Source: a virus. Taken from it: a stretch of DNA of 64,000 nucleotides. The stretch covers positions 32,001 to 96,000 of the IMG/VR virus record IMGVR_UViG_3300017783_000003; one strand, written 5' to 3'. The position numbers were made by a program, and so were the translations under genes. Each line of letters opens with the position of its first letter. Positions within the stretch are counted from its first letter, which is position 1. Shown here piece after piece: positions 11,093 to 21,688 of this stretch. The notes beneath the pieces were generated by a model that saw nothing but the letters and a program-made list of their open reading frames with translations, was not told the DNA's origin and did no database searches.

Positions 11093-12996
11093 TGCCATAC
11101 GCAACTGAGACAGGAGAAAACGGAGAACGTGGTGATCAAGGTTCCTCTAAAACTACCACTATTGACACGCCGACGTTTAAAAACGGTCGTGTAAAGAGGA
11201 TATATGGCGCTGCAGTCGGTGCAGGCGGTGGTGGTGGTCCCAGAGGTGGTGGACGTGATAATGGCGGCGGAGGCGGCGGAGGCGGTCTGTCGGATGGTAC
11301 TCTTGATGCTTTGATTGATGGAGAAATTCAAATTATTGGAGGAGGTGGTGGAAAAGGATCTACCTCCACTCGTAGAGGATCAACTCCTGGTCGTGAAGGT
11401 GATTCCAGTTATGTAAACACTGGTGCTGGTAACATCGAAGGTGGAGGTGGCGAAGGTGGTCGTACTGCTAGAGGTGGTGATGGTGGTAATGGCACTGTGA
11501 GAGATGGTGGAGAAGGTGGATCTGAAAATAATGGACAATATGGTGGCGGAGGAGCAGGATTTCAAGGTACTGCTCCAGAAAGCGGTAACCGTGCTGGTGG
11601 TGGTATTGATTGGGACCCAGGAGATAGTAGTGGAAAATTAAAAACAGATCTCGAATCTGCTTCTGGTAAGAATGGAAGAAGTGGTGGAGGAGGTGCCGAA
11701 GGTCATGATAGTGGATCTCACGATTGTGGAGGCGGTGGAGGTGGTAAAGCATATGCTGGATGGATTATACTAGAGACTGATGATGATAAAAAAGTTCTTC
11801 GTTCAAATGAACCTATTGATATTGAGTACAATGATTCTGTAGATAGAGATGGAACAGTAACTTTTAACGGATACGAAAATAACACCGATGGACCAGAGGA
11901 TATAGTTTATACTTTTACTGATGAAAATGGTGCTCAATCAGAATATTTTTTTGGAATAATACCTAAAGTTCAAGTATTTTTTAGCAGCAGTGTGCCAGAA
12001 CCACAACAAAGTTTAGATGCTGTACCAAAATACGAAACTTTTCTCACATTTGAAGGCGTTTCATTTTTTGAAGCAGAGATTCAGAAAAAAATTGGTGGTG
12101 AGTGGGTTTCAACAGATCCAGTACATGAATATGAGGAGTTAGAACCAAACGATTCATTTGATGATGATAGTATAGAGTATGAACGAAGTAAATCTCGTAA
12201 TAACATTACACAAAAAGTTACTGACATGAAGCAGTCAAATGCTGATAATGCGGCAAGATCTCCTAGAAAAACACTTTATCGCTTACAAGCAACTGATGGA
12301 TATAATACTATCAATCACAATATTGAAACAAATGCATATAATGATGATTTTGCCACAGATCCTTCAATTCCAGATTTAATTGGGAGAGAACCATTAGAAG
12401 AAGTTCTTATCAGATTTACACTATCTGGTGTTGATATGCCAACGAGAATTACTGGAACAAATTGTTTTGTACGAGATCCATTCACTCTAAGTTATACAAC
12501 AACTGCTATATACACTAACGGTAGTACAGTTGAGATTAAAACAACAACATTGCCATTTAACACAGATGAAAATGGTCTAATTAACGAAAGAACTGACAGT
12601 CTATTGATTGGAAGAACTGAAGTTTCATGGGTGACCCAAACTAGAGCACCAGTTGTAAACGAAATTTTTGATTTCGGTAACAACGTTCAAAAAGTTCCAT
12701 TCCCACAAGGAGCACAAGGAGCATTAGAAAGTTATACTGGATCACAAACTCCACAAGAATACATTAAATCACCAACAGTAATTTACCCACCAACTGATAT
12801 TGATAACTGGGAAGTTGAATTAGAAAACCCATGGGGTGTGCAAATCAAAGCAGCAGATATCAAACGACAAAATAAAGGTGACGTGAGAGATAATTTCTCT
12901 AATTTATCAGGCGGCAACACAGATCTAGAAGTTAATGTACAAAGGTTTGGTGATACTCCAAACACCAACTGGAGAAAACCTAACATCTCACCATAA
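11092..12996 (+). CDS. Glycine-rich virion/adhesin-like protein
   Basis: N-terminal ~230 aa of GGGG repeats; C-terminus shared with 9701..11092. Confidence 0.65.
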   Translation: MPYATETGENGERGDQGSSKTTTIDTPTFKNGRVKRIYGAAVGAGGGGGPRGGGRDNGGGGGGGGLSDGTLDALIDGEIQIIGGGGGKGSTSTRRGSTPGREGDSSYVNTGAGNIEGGGGEGGRTARGGDGGNGTVRDGGEGGSENNGQYGGGGAGFQGTAPESGNRAGGGIDWDPGDSSGKLKTDLESASGKNGRSGGGGAEGHDSGSHDCGGGGGGKAYAGWIILETDDDKKVLRSNEPIDIEYNDSVDRDGTVTFNGYENNTDGPEDIVYTFTDENGAQSEYFFGIIPKVQVFFSSSVPEPQQSLDAVPKYETFLTFEGVSFFEAEIQKKIGGEWVSTDPVHEYEELEPNDSFDDDSIEYERSKSRNNITQKVTDMKQSNADNAARSPRKTLYRLQATDGYNTINHNIETNAYNDDFATDPSIPDLIGREPLEEVLIRFTLSGVDMPTRITGTNCFVRDPFTLSYTTTAIYTNGSTVEIKTTTLPFNTDENGLINERTDSLLIGRTEVSWVTQTRAPVVNEIFDFGNNVQKVPFPQGAQGALESYTGSQTPQEYIKSPTVIYPPTDIDNWEVELENPWGVQIKAADIKRQNKGDVRDNFSNLSGGNTDLEVNVQRFGDTPNTNWRKPNISP

Positions 12997-12999
12997 ATA
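12992..12999 (+). promoter_or_regulatory. T4-type late promoter (CATAAATA)
   Basis: One mismatch to TATAAATA, 8 nt before ATG 13008. Confidence 0.55.
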
Positions 13000-13007
13000 T
13001 TATAAAA

Positions 13008-13271
13008 ATGGTTAAAAAATTATACAAATTTACTACAATATATTTTAACATAGAGGGTGATGATACTCAGTATGGATATGTAGAATTTTATTATCATATT
13101 CTCGATGATAATGGTGTCATAATGAGTACAGATTTATACAGACTCCAACCATCCACAGATTATTCTGGTTACGAAGAGACAGTTAGAACTCTGTGTGACG
13201 CAGCATTCTCAACTATGTCTCAATGTCCAGAAATCCCCGAAAGTGAAACAGCTAAAGCAGTAATCCAATGA
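13008..13271 (+). CDS. Hypothetical protein (87 aa)
   Basis: Tightly packed ORF; its stop overlaps the next start (ATGA). Confidence 0.6.
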   Translation: MVKKLYKFTTIYFNIEGDDTQYGYVEFYYHILDDNGVIMSTDLYRLQPSTDYSGYEETVRTLCDAAFSTMSQCPEIPESETAKAVIQ

Positions 13272-13444
13272 AATTTACAGACCAATATTCCAACAACCAA
13301 AAACCAGATGATTTTTTCATCTCTAAGATTGTTGAGATAGATGACTTACCTAACGAAAAAAAGCAAGAATTAAAATCTAATGTTCCCATTGAAGTCAAAA
13401 TAAACAATGGAGAATGGGTTTTAATTGATCCTTCAGACCTATAA
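13268..13444 (+). CDS. Small hypothetical protein (58 aa, MKFTDQYSNN...KSNVPIEVKINNGEWVLIDPSDL)
   Basis: Translated by hand; ATGA coupling to the upstream gene; below the ORF-track cutoff. Confidence 0.55.
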   Translation: MKFTDQYSNNQKPDDFFISKIVEIDDLPNEKKQELKSNVPIEVKINNGEWVLIDPSDL

Positions 13445-13447
13445 ATA
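13440..13447 (+). promoter_or_regulatory. T4-type late promoter TATAAATA
   Basis: Exact gp55 consensus upstream of ATG 13479. Confidence 0.8.
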
Positions 13448-13478
13448 AGAAGAGACTATCTGAACAGACGAGCATTTT

Positions 13479-16400
13479 ATGGCTAGGATTTTAGTAGGTA
13501 GGGGTGATCAGGTTCAGATCAGATATCCTACACCATCCACATGGAATACACAAACTACGGTCCAGGTCCAAATTGGTACTGGATTAGATCCTACTGACGT
13601 TACATTTGGTACTAGAATACCTGATGCTACTGTAGATCAGTTTACTTTCGTCAATCAAAATGGTACTGATGTAAATGGTGCTGCTCGACAAACATTTGAG
13701 AAAGATAGTTTTTACTACTCCAATCAAATTTTATTGACTGGTATTGAAATTGTTATTCCAGCAACTATTAATGTAACTACTTCTGGTCCTCAAAACCCCA
13801 ACGGTGGTGGAAGAGATTTAACGAGCAATAGGTCATCAGCAGCATTTGAAGTTAATAATAGTGGTACATGGGTAACTAGTGCCAATGTACAGAATGATGA
13901 TCTGATTAGATTAAGAGTTAAAACAGAGGATTGGTATACAACCACAACAAATATTGAACTAGAAATTGGTGACGAAACTTTTGGTACTGGTATTGGAGAA
14001 CCATCTACTGTTGTTGTAGATACTTGGTCTGTTACAACTAGAGATCAAAAGCAATCTATTGGTCCAATTGTATTTACAGACTTTGTTGATGTAAATGAAG
14101 ATGAATTGGGTTCATGGAAAACAAAAACATTAAGCACGTCATTAATTGATGATGATGTTGTCCTTAGAGCAACTGCTACTGAAGATGGACAGGTATCTAA
14201 AGATAATGTAAATTGGACACAAGATCTTAGAAATGTTGTACTTGGCGACACGATATATTGTAGAGTTGCTATTGGTACTTGGACTGAGAAAACAGAAACA
14301 GATATTAGAGTATTTGCTGTTCCTAGTGAAAAATATACAGGTGGTTATGATAATAATGAACCAGGAACATATGGCAGACCAGATTTAGGTCTCAGTAGAC
14401 GATATACAGTTGTTCAAGAGACAGGAGATGAGGATGATGATTGGAATGTGTGGACGGAAGTAAAACGTTATCCAGATGCAGTTGAATGTAAACCAATTTA
14501 CGCCATATCTGATGGTGATGAAGTAATAGTATCTAGCGAAAACAATTATAATTTTGCTAACATATCCATTCAAGACGATTTTGGAGTAGTTGCATTTGGT
14601 TACTACTATGCAGACCTTTTAGTTAGTGGTCTTGGTGTGGAATATGTTGGTGGTGCATATGCAGATCTACAACAACCAGTAGATATCACAAGAAATGGTA
14701 TCGTTAATTTACAACCAACTGGAACAATTAAAGATAATTTTAGTGTTGGTGGTAATGATCCTCTTAATTTAAATGATGTGCAAGTCCTTGCCCGTGTATC
14801 AAACGGCAATGCGGACATGAGAAAGAAAGCAGTTGGTGGTGCGTGGGTACAATCCATGTACGTAAAGAATGGAGATGTTGTAACAATCAGACAACGTTCA
14901 CCATTACAATATAATACCACATTCACAAGTACATTGTTATTTGAAGGTCCTCCATTTGGTGGTCCCAATGGCAACCCAACTGAAGGTCCTAGTGTTGCTG
15001 AAAGATCTAGAGATAATGTCACCGATACCATTACAATTAAAAATAGGTTAGCAAGGACTACCCCATATCCATTTAAAGCATCTAATGTTTATAATGCAGA
15101 TCCTGGTCAAGTTGTAGAAACACAATTCACTGTTGAAGGTATTGATCTACCAGTTACTGTAAGTGTTTATGATCAAAGTTCTGCTGCTTCAGCACAACTT
15201 AGTTCAGATGGTATTAATTACAATGGTGCCAACATCACAAATGTGTATGAAGGAACTACAATGGCGTTGAGGTTTTCTGCTTCAACAACTAGAGGTAGTT
15301 TTACATATGTAACCATCAAAATTGGAACTAGATATGATACTGTGTATTGTTACACAGGTAAAGAAAATTTTGACTATATTCTCTATTCTAACCTAGGTGA
15401 TGTTAGTGCTCCAATTACTGTAAACATCCCCACTTTTGCGGAAGAAGTTGATTATGTAGTTACTGGTGGCGGTGGTGGTAATGGTGGAGATGATGCTCCA
15501 AATAGTTTTGGTGGTGCTGGTGCTGCTGGAAATGAACTTAGAGGTACATTAACTTTATCTACTGCATATTTACTCGCAAGTCCAACTATTAAATTATATC
15601 CTGGTGCTGGAGGTGATAATGGTCTTTCATTCACCGCAGGTGCGGCGGGTGGTTCAGGTGGATGGGGATATTCTATAGGTGGAGATGGCGGAGATTCTGG
15701 TCCTGGTGATCGTTCTGGTTCTGGTGGTGGTGGAGGAGGTGCTACTGGTGTCACATTAAATGATGGTACATTGCTATTTTTTGCAGGTGGAGGCGGAGGC
15801 GGTGCGGGTGCTGGTAACGATACTGAGATTCCCCCCGACGAAATGCACGGAAACTACACCACGCCAGGACCACTTAAAACTTCTACTTCTGGTCTTGGTG
15901 CCACCAGTGGTGCTGATGTGTTGACACAAGGTGGTGGTCCAGGTGGCGGTGGTGGTGGATTTGGAGAGGCAGGTCAAATTCTCACGACTAGAGATGATGA
16001 ATTTGACGTAGAAGTACAAACAACTGACCTGGATTCCACTGCTGGACAAGGTGGTGGTGCATATTATAACCCAACATATGCAACATTAGCTGCAAATTTA
16101 GGTCTAGGTTCAGTTGATGGACTCCCAGTTCCACCAATGCAAGGTTCAAAGCAAGGTGATGGTGGTATTATCTTACTAGGATTCCCCCCACAAGATAGAG
16201 ATCCAGAACCTGTTACATTTGATACAGTACCTGCCGATATTAATACAGTAGTACTATCTAATATCGTACAAGTTAGAGGTATTACTGGTCTTATTCAAGC
16301 AAGAGTTCTAGAAAATAGTGCTAGAATTAGAGTATATGATACTGATGGTGTAACATTATTGCAAGACTGGACTGCACCAAATGTATTAGTTGGTAATGAA

Positions 16401-19022
16401 ATGTGGATTCAGTTGGAAATGACAACTGGATTAGATTATTATTCAGACTATGTAAGTACATTAGATCTTGGTATAAAAAGATTTACATGGACAGTGCAAA
16501 CTGGTGAACCACCAGATACACTCCCCAATCCATTTGAAATTCCAGGAGTAAATGATGTAGAACCAAGTATTACTGGCAACCCAAATTTAGTAGAATCAGA
16601 ACCAATCCACATCACTGGTATTAATACACCAGTAGACATTTTTACTATTGGTAATGCTGCAGAAATTGCTATCTGTACTGATATAAGCACATGTGGCAAT
16701 TATTTTACTTATTCTTCTGGTACTCCTGGACAAATTAATAATAATCAATACTTTAAAGTAAGAATTCCAGCATCTGAAAATTATGCAACTGATTCATCAA
16801 CAACAGTTCAAGTTGGTTCCACCCCAGTAGAACCTGCTAAAAGATTTGTTGTTCGTACAATGGATGAACCTGATATTACTCCAGATAATTTCATCTTCTT
16901 CCCAATGGAAGATCAACCATTAGAAACACAAATTATTTCAAAAAACTCCGTTACTATTAGAGGTATTGATACTCCAACATTCTTTAGAATTACTAGAAAC
17001 GGAGGTAACACGCCAAATGCAACTATTATTCTCAATGGCGACGATACTGGACTATCTGAAGTAAATGTAGAACAAAATTCTGTAATTAAGTTAACATATT
17101 TAACATCAAATGTTCTTGGTGATAATGTAGAATTTACTATTGAATGTGGTACGTATACTACATTCTGGCAAGTTGAGAATGAAGGTAATTTTGGTGTCAA
17201 TCCAGATCCATTCTTGTTCTCAGATGTATATGCAGACGTGTTACAATATGGTGTGTCTAATGAGATTGTTACTGTTAACGGTATTAATGTTGCAGTACCA
17301 ATTTATGGCACTAATGGTATACAATTTGATATTGGATTGACGGGATCATATTCAACAATTGAACCATTAGATTCTGTAACTATTACTAATGGCACACAAT
17401 TTAGAGTTAGATTATTAGCATCTGCTGTTGCTGGTTTTGATACTAGTGGTATTGTCACAGTTGGTTCATACCAAACCCCATTTATTGTATATGCTAATGC
17501 AGCAGTACAAGATCCCATCAAAGGACAATGGTATAGTAGTATTCAAACTATTAAACCAGGAGCATCAGGTCAGATTAGATATTCCACTAAGTTTGAAGGT
17601 CTACCTATTGCAACTATCATGCCAGTCTTCCAAGACTCAACTGCAGTTAATGAAGATGGAGCAGCAGATAATTGGGGTGTTTTATCTGGTAAAGCAGATT
17701 CTAGATTCCATGGTTGGGTATATTGTGATGGTAGATATGTAAGCAAGACTGAGTTCCCACTATTATTTGAAATTATTGGATATCAATATGGTGCAACTGG
17801 TGGAGATACAGATCTGTTTAGAGTTCCTGATATGAGGAACAGAAGAATCTGTGGTACTGGTCCTATTGATGGAAACTCTTCATCTTCTCCTATTCTAAAT
17901 CCATTATATGGTCCTGCCAAATCATCTTTAAATGCATCAGGTAACAGACCAGGATCCCAAGGTGGACAGTGGTTCGTCAAGACAATTGATGATCCTGGTG
18001 TTGATACATCAGGTGATAACAATGAATTTGAACAGATCATTACTCCTGGTGAAGGACAACCAGCACAATCCAGTCCATTCTTTACTATCGCAAACGTTAA
18101 AACTACAGGATACAGTAATATATCAGATCAAGTTGAATTTGTTGCTGCTGGTCAAATGGGTGGTGTTGTCACACTAGATACAACTCCTGTTCGTGATATC
18201 CCACGCCACTTCCACGAACTAGTTGCTGGTCGCCCAGATCCAAATAGAACTAAAGGATATGTTACATGGGGTGGTGTTGGTGGTTTTGGTACAACCATCT
18301 CTCTCACTAGTAAAGCAGGTGTAGATGGTCCATCTGTTCAACCAAATAATGCCAGAATTAATATCTGGGGATATTGTACAGGAGATTATGATATTCAATA
18401 TCCTAATAATGTTCCTCAGGTTTCAATTTCATCTGATGATGATGGAAATATACCTATTTTTGCAACTTCTATGTCTTCATGGGATGGTCAATCGGGTGCT
18501 GGTCCTGGTGGCAGTGGTGATGGATACATTGGCGACTATGCCTCTGGGGGCGCATCTAGTATCACTGTTGAACAACCAAACTTGGATGGTTCGGAGCAAA
18601 CAGAAATTGAAGGATACATTAATCTTACATGGTCTGGTGGTAATGTTGATGAGTCTGGTAGTACTCTAAGATACATTGCAGCAGTTGATGTTCCTGAGAA
18701 GTTTATTAGTGTTCAAGCATATCGTCCAAGTAGAACTGAACATTCTCATTACATTAGTTTGTCTGACCCTGGTGATCAACAAGAAACGTTTAGTTGGGGT
18801 AAAGGTGAAGGTGCTGGTGTAATAACTCCTGGTAGTGAATTTGCTACAACTGAAGTTGATGTTAGATTTGATTCATTTGAAGTTGGTATGGAAATTCTTC
18901 CTGGAACATTCACACTTAAACAAACCAAACAGTTAATTCCTGTACCAGAATTATCTCCACAAGATACTATTCCATTGATGACACCATATACATACGTCCA
19001 CTGGATGATCAAATCATTCTAA
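13479..19022 (+). CDS. Large tail fibre protein (repeats, Gly-rich domain, C-terminal collar/needle)
   Basis: Repeated PDxF.F / ITGI modules; central Gly-rich block; C-terminal GWVYCDG..FPLLFEIIG..FRVPDMR collar with RHFH and EHSH motifs. Confidence 0.8.
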   Translation: MARILVGRGDQVQIRYPTPSTWNTQTTVQVQIGTGLDPTDVTFGTRIPDATVDQFTFVNQNGTDVNGAARQTFEKDSFYYSNQILLTGIEIVIPATINVTTSGPQNPNGGGRDLTSNRSSAAFEVNNSGTWVTSANVQNDDLIRLRVKTEDWYTTTTNIELEIGDETFGTGIGEPSTVVVDTWSVTTRDQKQSIGPIVFTDFVDVNEDELGSWKTKTLSTSLIDDDVVLRATATEDGQVSKDNVNWTQDLRNVVLGDTIYCRVAIGTWTEKTETDIRVFAVPSEKYTGGYDNNEPGTYGRPDLGLSRRYTVVQETGDEDDDWNVWTEVKRYPDAVECKPIYAISDGDEVIVSSENNYNFANISIQDDFGVVAFGYYYADLLVSGLGVEYVGGAYADLQQPVDITRNGIVNLQPTGTIKDNFSVGGNDPLNLNDVQVLARVSNGNADMRKKAVGGAWVQSMYVKNGDVVTIRQRSPLQYNTTFTSTLLFEGPPFGGPNGNPTEGPSVAERSRDNVTDTITIKNRLARTTPYPFKASNVYNADPGQVVETQFTVEGIDLPVTVSVYDQSSAASAQLSSDGINYNGANITNVYEGTTMALRFSASTTRGSFTYVTIKIGTRYDTVYCYTGKENFDYILYSNLGDVSAPITVNIPTFAEEVDYVVTGGGGGNGGDDAPNSFGGAGAAGNELRGTLTLSTAYLLASPTIKLYPGAGGDNGLSFTAGAAGGSGGWGYSIGGDGGDSGPGDRSGSGGGGGGATGVTLNDGTLLFFAGGGGGGAGAGNDTEIPPDEMHGNYTTPGPLKTSTSGLGATSGADVLTQGGGPGGGGGGFGEAGQILTTRDDEFDVEVQTTDLDSTAGQGGGAYYNPTYATLAANLGLGSVDGLPVPPMQGSKQGDGGIILLGFPPQDRDPEPVTFDTVPADINTVVLSNIVQVRGITGLIQARVLENSARIRVYDTDGVTLLQDWTAPNVLVGNEMWIQLEMTTGLDYYSDYVSTLDLGIKRFTWTVQTGEPPDTLPNPFEIPGVNDVEPSITGNPNLVESEPIHITGINTPVDIFTIGNAAEIAICTDISTCGNYFTYSSGTPGQINNNQYFKVRIPASENYATDSSTTVQVGSTPVEPAKRFVVRTMDEPDITPDNFIFFPMEDQPLETQIISKNSVTIRGIDTPTFFRITRNGGNTPNATIILNGDDTGLSEVNVEQNSVIKLTYLTSNVLGDNVEFTIECGTYTTFWQVENEGNFGVNPDPFLFSDVYADVLQYGVSNEIVTVNGINVAVPIYGTNGIQFDIGLTGSYSTIEPLDSVTITNGTQFRVRLLASAVAGFDTSGIVTVGSYQTPFIVYANAAVQDPIKGQWYSSIQTIKPGASGQIRYSTKFEGLPIATIMPVFQDSTAVNEDGAADNWGVLSGKADSRFHGWVYCDGRYVSKTEFPLLFEIIGYQYGATGGDTDLFRVPDMRNRRICGTGPIDGNSSSSPILNPLYGPAKSSLNASGNRPGSQGGQWFVKTIDDPGVDTSGDNNEFEQIITPGEGQPAQSSPFFTIANVKTTGYSNISDQVEFVAAGQMGGVVTLDTTPVRDIPRHFHELVAGRPDPNRTKGYVTWGGVGGFGTTISLTSKAGVDGPSVQPNNARINIWGYCTGDYDIQYPNNVPQVSISSDDDGNIPIFATSMSSWDGQSGAGPGGSGDGYIGDYASGGASSITVEQPNLDGSEQTEIEGYINLTWSGGNVDESGSTLRYIAAVDVPEKFISVQAYRPSRTEHSHYISLSDPGDQQETFSWGKGEGAGVITPGSEFATTEVDVRFDSFEVGMEILPGTFTLKQTKQLIPVPELSPQDTIPLMTPYTYVHWMIKSF

Positions 19023-19025
19023 ATA
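19018..19025 (+). promoter_or_regulatory. Late promoter (TCTAAATA)
   Basis: TAAATA core 16 nt before ATG 19042. Confidence 0.55.
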
Positions 19026-19041
19026 CATATAAACCACGACA

Positions 19042-19980
19042 ATGGCATTTAATCCAAACGACTTTATTTTACAAGATATGTCTCCAGTTCCAGAGGGATT
19101 GGAGAAATCTTTACTTGAATATGATTCTAAAGCAAAGTTGATCCTGGTACGTACTACCGACGACACTAACGGTGGATTTAAATACCAGTCTGTCTTCTTG
19201 AATAGCAAACTTAATGAAAACTTACTCAATAATATTCCTGATGAGTATTCTCATCCAAAGGATAAATTATTGTTCTTTGCTATCTATGAAGATGGATCTT
19301 TCTATGCTATGAAAGAGAAAATGAAGTACAGTTTCAAGCAAGATAAATCGTTTTTAGTCAAATATGACGTTGACGATTTTACGACTGAAGATGCCAAAGA
19401 AATCTTTGAAACTATGAAAACAACAGTCTTCGTACAGATGACTGTTAACGAGAACGCTAGAAACAAAGCAGCATTGGCAGTACTTGAGAAGAGAGAATAT
19501 CTAGATGACGTATATAATACTATGCTTTCTGAAAGAGATACTTTTTTAAGAGAATCTGATCACAGAATTTTGGATGATTATCCAGAGACTTTTGATGGTG
19601 AGAAAGTATTGTGGACACAATGGAGAGCAAAATTAAGAGAAATTGTCAAGGGACCTGATTCATTTGAATCAAATATAGATTATCTAATTTATGTTGAAGA
19701 ATTTAAATGGCCTGTTGATCCTGTAGTATATCATGTTGATTATAGGGACAGCGGTAGATACTTAGAGACTGATGATCAGTATAATAAGCAACCAAATGCA
19801 ATCTCATCTCCAAGACAGCAAAAAATTATTATACAACAGGATGCTATCATCAATAGTAAGAAATTACGTGATGAAAGAGGTGTACCAGTCTCTAAACAAA
19901 TTCTTGAAATTATTGAAAAGTATGAACTTTGTGAAGGACTATTTGATTTTGACATTAACGAACTATCATTAGGAGTTTAA
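19042..19980 (+). CDS. Tail/fibre assembly chaperone-like protein
   Basis: ERDTFLRESDHRILDDYP...WTQWRAKLRE motif typical of phage tail assembly chaperone domains; follows the fibre gene. Confidence 0.55.
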   Translation: MAFNPNDFILQDMSPVPEGLEKSLLEYDSKAKLILVRTTDDTNGGFKYQSVFLNSKLNENLLNNIPDEYSHPKDKLLFFAIYEDGSFYAMKEKMKYSFKQDKSFLVKYDVDDFTTEDAKEIFETMKTTVFVQMTVNENARNKAALAVLEKREYLDDVYNTMLSERDTFLRESDHRILDDYPETFDGEKVLWTQWRAKLREIVKGPDSFESNIDYLIYVEEFKWPVDPVVYHVDYRDSGRYLETDDQYNKQPNAISSPRQQKIIIQQDAIINSKKLRDERGVPVSKQILEIIEKYELCEGLFDFDINELSLGV

Positions 19981-19982
19981 TC

Positions 19983-20360
19983 ATGCAAGTACACGATTTT
20001 CTTAGTTTTGCTAATGATCTTACTGGACAAGACGATGAAAAAAGATATCTAATGATTTTAAGGACTGTTGGTCCTGATGGTGTAGAGGATGCTGAAAAGG
20101 CAAATAAAATCTATTCTGCATATCATAATAATCTATCAGAATACCCTGGTATGTTTGATAAACTATTATATAACGAATTTGTATTCATCTATTGGGATAC
20201 TGAAGCGGAAGCAAGAGCATTTGTTAGAGAAAATTTACCAGAACATGCTACAGACTTGAGTGATCCTGATTATTTCGTTCAATATTATTTGTTCTCGGAA
20301 GGTATGTTCTTGGCAGGTAATAACAGTATTAAAGGATTAACAGAGCTACCTTATCAGTGA
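19983..20360 (+). CDS. Hypothetical protein (125 aa)
   Basis: AGGAG Shine-Dalgarno; last gene of the late block. Confidence 0.7.
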   Translation: MQVHDFLSFANDLTGQDDEKRYLMILRTVGPDGVEDAEKANKIYSAYHNNLSEYPGMFDKLLYNEFVFIYWDTEAEARAFVRENLPEHATDLSDPDYFVQYYLFSEGMFLAGNNSIKGLTELPYQ

Positions 20361-20374
20361 ACCTTGGCAGAGTT

Positions 20375-20403
20375 ATTCTACTGGTTTACTGAGGTTTTGT
20401 CAA
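20375..20403 (-). promoter_or_regulatory. Sigma70-type promoter facing antisense into the late tail genes
   Basis: Minus strand TTGACA-N17-TAGAAT. Confidence 0.7.
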
Positions 20404-20407
20404 GGGG

Positions 20408-20438
20408 TTGACAGATCAAGCATTTTGTGGGATACTAT
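20408..20438 (+). promoter_or_regulatory. Sigma70-type promoter for the helicase operon
   Basis: TTGACA-N17-GATACT (overlapping TACTAT). Confidence 0.65.
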
Positions 20439-20458
20439 GTATGTAATCACCACATGCA

Positions 20459-21676
20459 ATGCAACTCCATCCACACCAGAACCGAGCACTCAACGCTCTG
20501 TCCACGTATACTCATGGTCAGATCATTGCTCCAACAGGTGCTGGTAAGACCTTGATGATGATCTTTGATGCTCTTCGTCGCATCAAGAACGCTACCACAC
20601 CACAGACTATCGTTGTCTGTGCTCCACGTATCTTGCTTGCAGAGCAACTCTGCTGTGAGTTCATGGAGTTTATTGACTGTGCTAACGTTTTGCACGTTCA
20701 CAGTGGAGAGACACAGTATAAGAGCACTACCAAAGCATCTGTGATTCAAGAATGGGATGAGATTGTTGATAATCACAAGATCATCTTCACTACATATAAT
20801 TCTCTCCGTCGTATCAATGAGTCTGAGATTGATATCAGTGTTGCTTACTTCGATGAAGCACATAATGGCGTACGCAAAGACTTTTTTGATTATGTCAGTG
20901 TTTGTAATGCTGACAACTATTATTACTTCACTGCTACTCCTAAGTACAGAAAGAATGGCAATGGTATGAACAATCATATCGTCTTCGGACGTGTGATTGC
21001 TAATATACCTGCACCAGAACTTGTAGAACAAGGCAGCATTCTTCGTCCTACTATTGATATCCATGAGGTTGACATTGAGAGATGTAAGACAAATGCTGCT
21101 GAGAATGATGCAGATACCTTAATCAACATGATTGACAGACTGGACGCCAGAAACGCCCAGAAGGTCCTTGTTGCTGCTCCTAGCACAAAGGTACTGTGGA
21201 ACATGTTATCGACCACACAAGTCCTTACAGACCTGTCTCAGCGTGGTTACGATGTTATGCACATCACCAGTAAGCATGGTGCATATGTTAATCAACAAAA
21301 AGTAACCCGTGATCAGTTTTTCCAGACTCTTAATGAATGGGGTGCTGATCATGAGCGTAAATTTATTATCTTCCACTACAGCATTCTATCTGAAGGTATC
21401 AACGTGCAGGGTCTGACTCACACAATTCTCCTTCGTAATCTCCCCATCATTGAGATGGCACAGACTATCGGTCGTGTGATTCGTCTTAACAAGGAAGATT
21501 CTGCTGATATTCAATCTGGCAAGATTGCTGCTGGTAACTTCTCCATGTATCGCAAGCGTACTGGGTTTGTTACTGTACCTGTATTCAAAAACTATGGTAA
21601 GAATACTCGTCAACGTTTGAATGATGTGGTCTCTACTATCTTTGATAAAGGTGAACCCGCTATTGATATTAAATAG
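20459..21676 (+). CDS. Superfamily 2 DEAH helicase (ResIII-like N-domain)
   Basis: Walker A APTGAGKT, DEAH, TAT, SEGINV, QTIGRVIR motifs. Confidence 0.9.
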   Translation: MQLHPHQNRALNALSTYTHGQIIAPTGAGKTLMMIFDALRRIKNATTPQTIVVCAPRILLAEQLCCEFMEFIDCANVLHVHSGETQYKSTTKASVIQEWDEIVDNHKIIFTTYNSLRRINESEIDISVAYFDEAHNGVRKDFFDYVSVCNADNYYYFTATPKYRKNGNGMNNHIVFGRVIANIPAPELVEQGSILRPTIDIHEVDIERCKTNAAENDADTLINMIDRLDARNAQKVLVAAPSTKVLWNMLSTTQVLTDLSQRGYDVMHITSKHGAYVNQQKVTRDQFFQTLNEWGADHERKFIIFHYSILSEGINVQGLTHTILLRNLPIIEMAQTIGRVIRLNKEDSADIQSGKIAAGNFSMYRKRTGFVTVPVFKNYGKNTRQRLNDVVSTIFDKGEPAIDIK

Positions 21677-21688
21677 TATAGTTGAAGG

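Noticed and set aside
11210-16060. GGT/GGC/GGA-rich tracts as DNA repeats
   Set aside because: Explained by in-frame glycine-rich protein domains.
7123-19022. Diversity-generating retroelement or invertible tail-fibre shufflon
   Set aside because: No reverse transcriptase or invertase, and no near-identical template/variable repeat pair noticed; the paralogy is only at protein level.
20459-21676. Type III restriction-modification system
   Set aside because: Only a helicase domain is present; no nuclease motif or adjacent methyltransferase seen.
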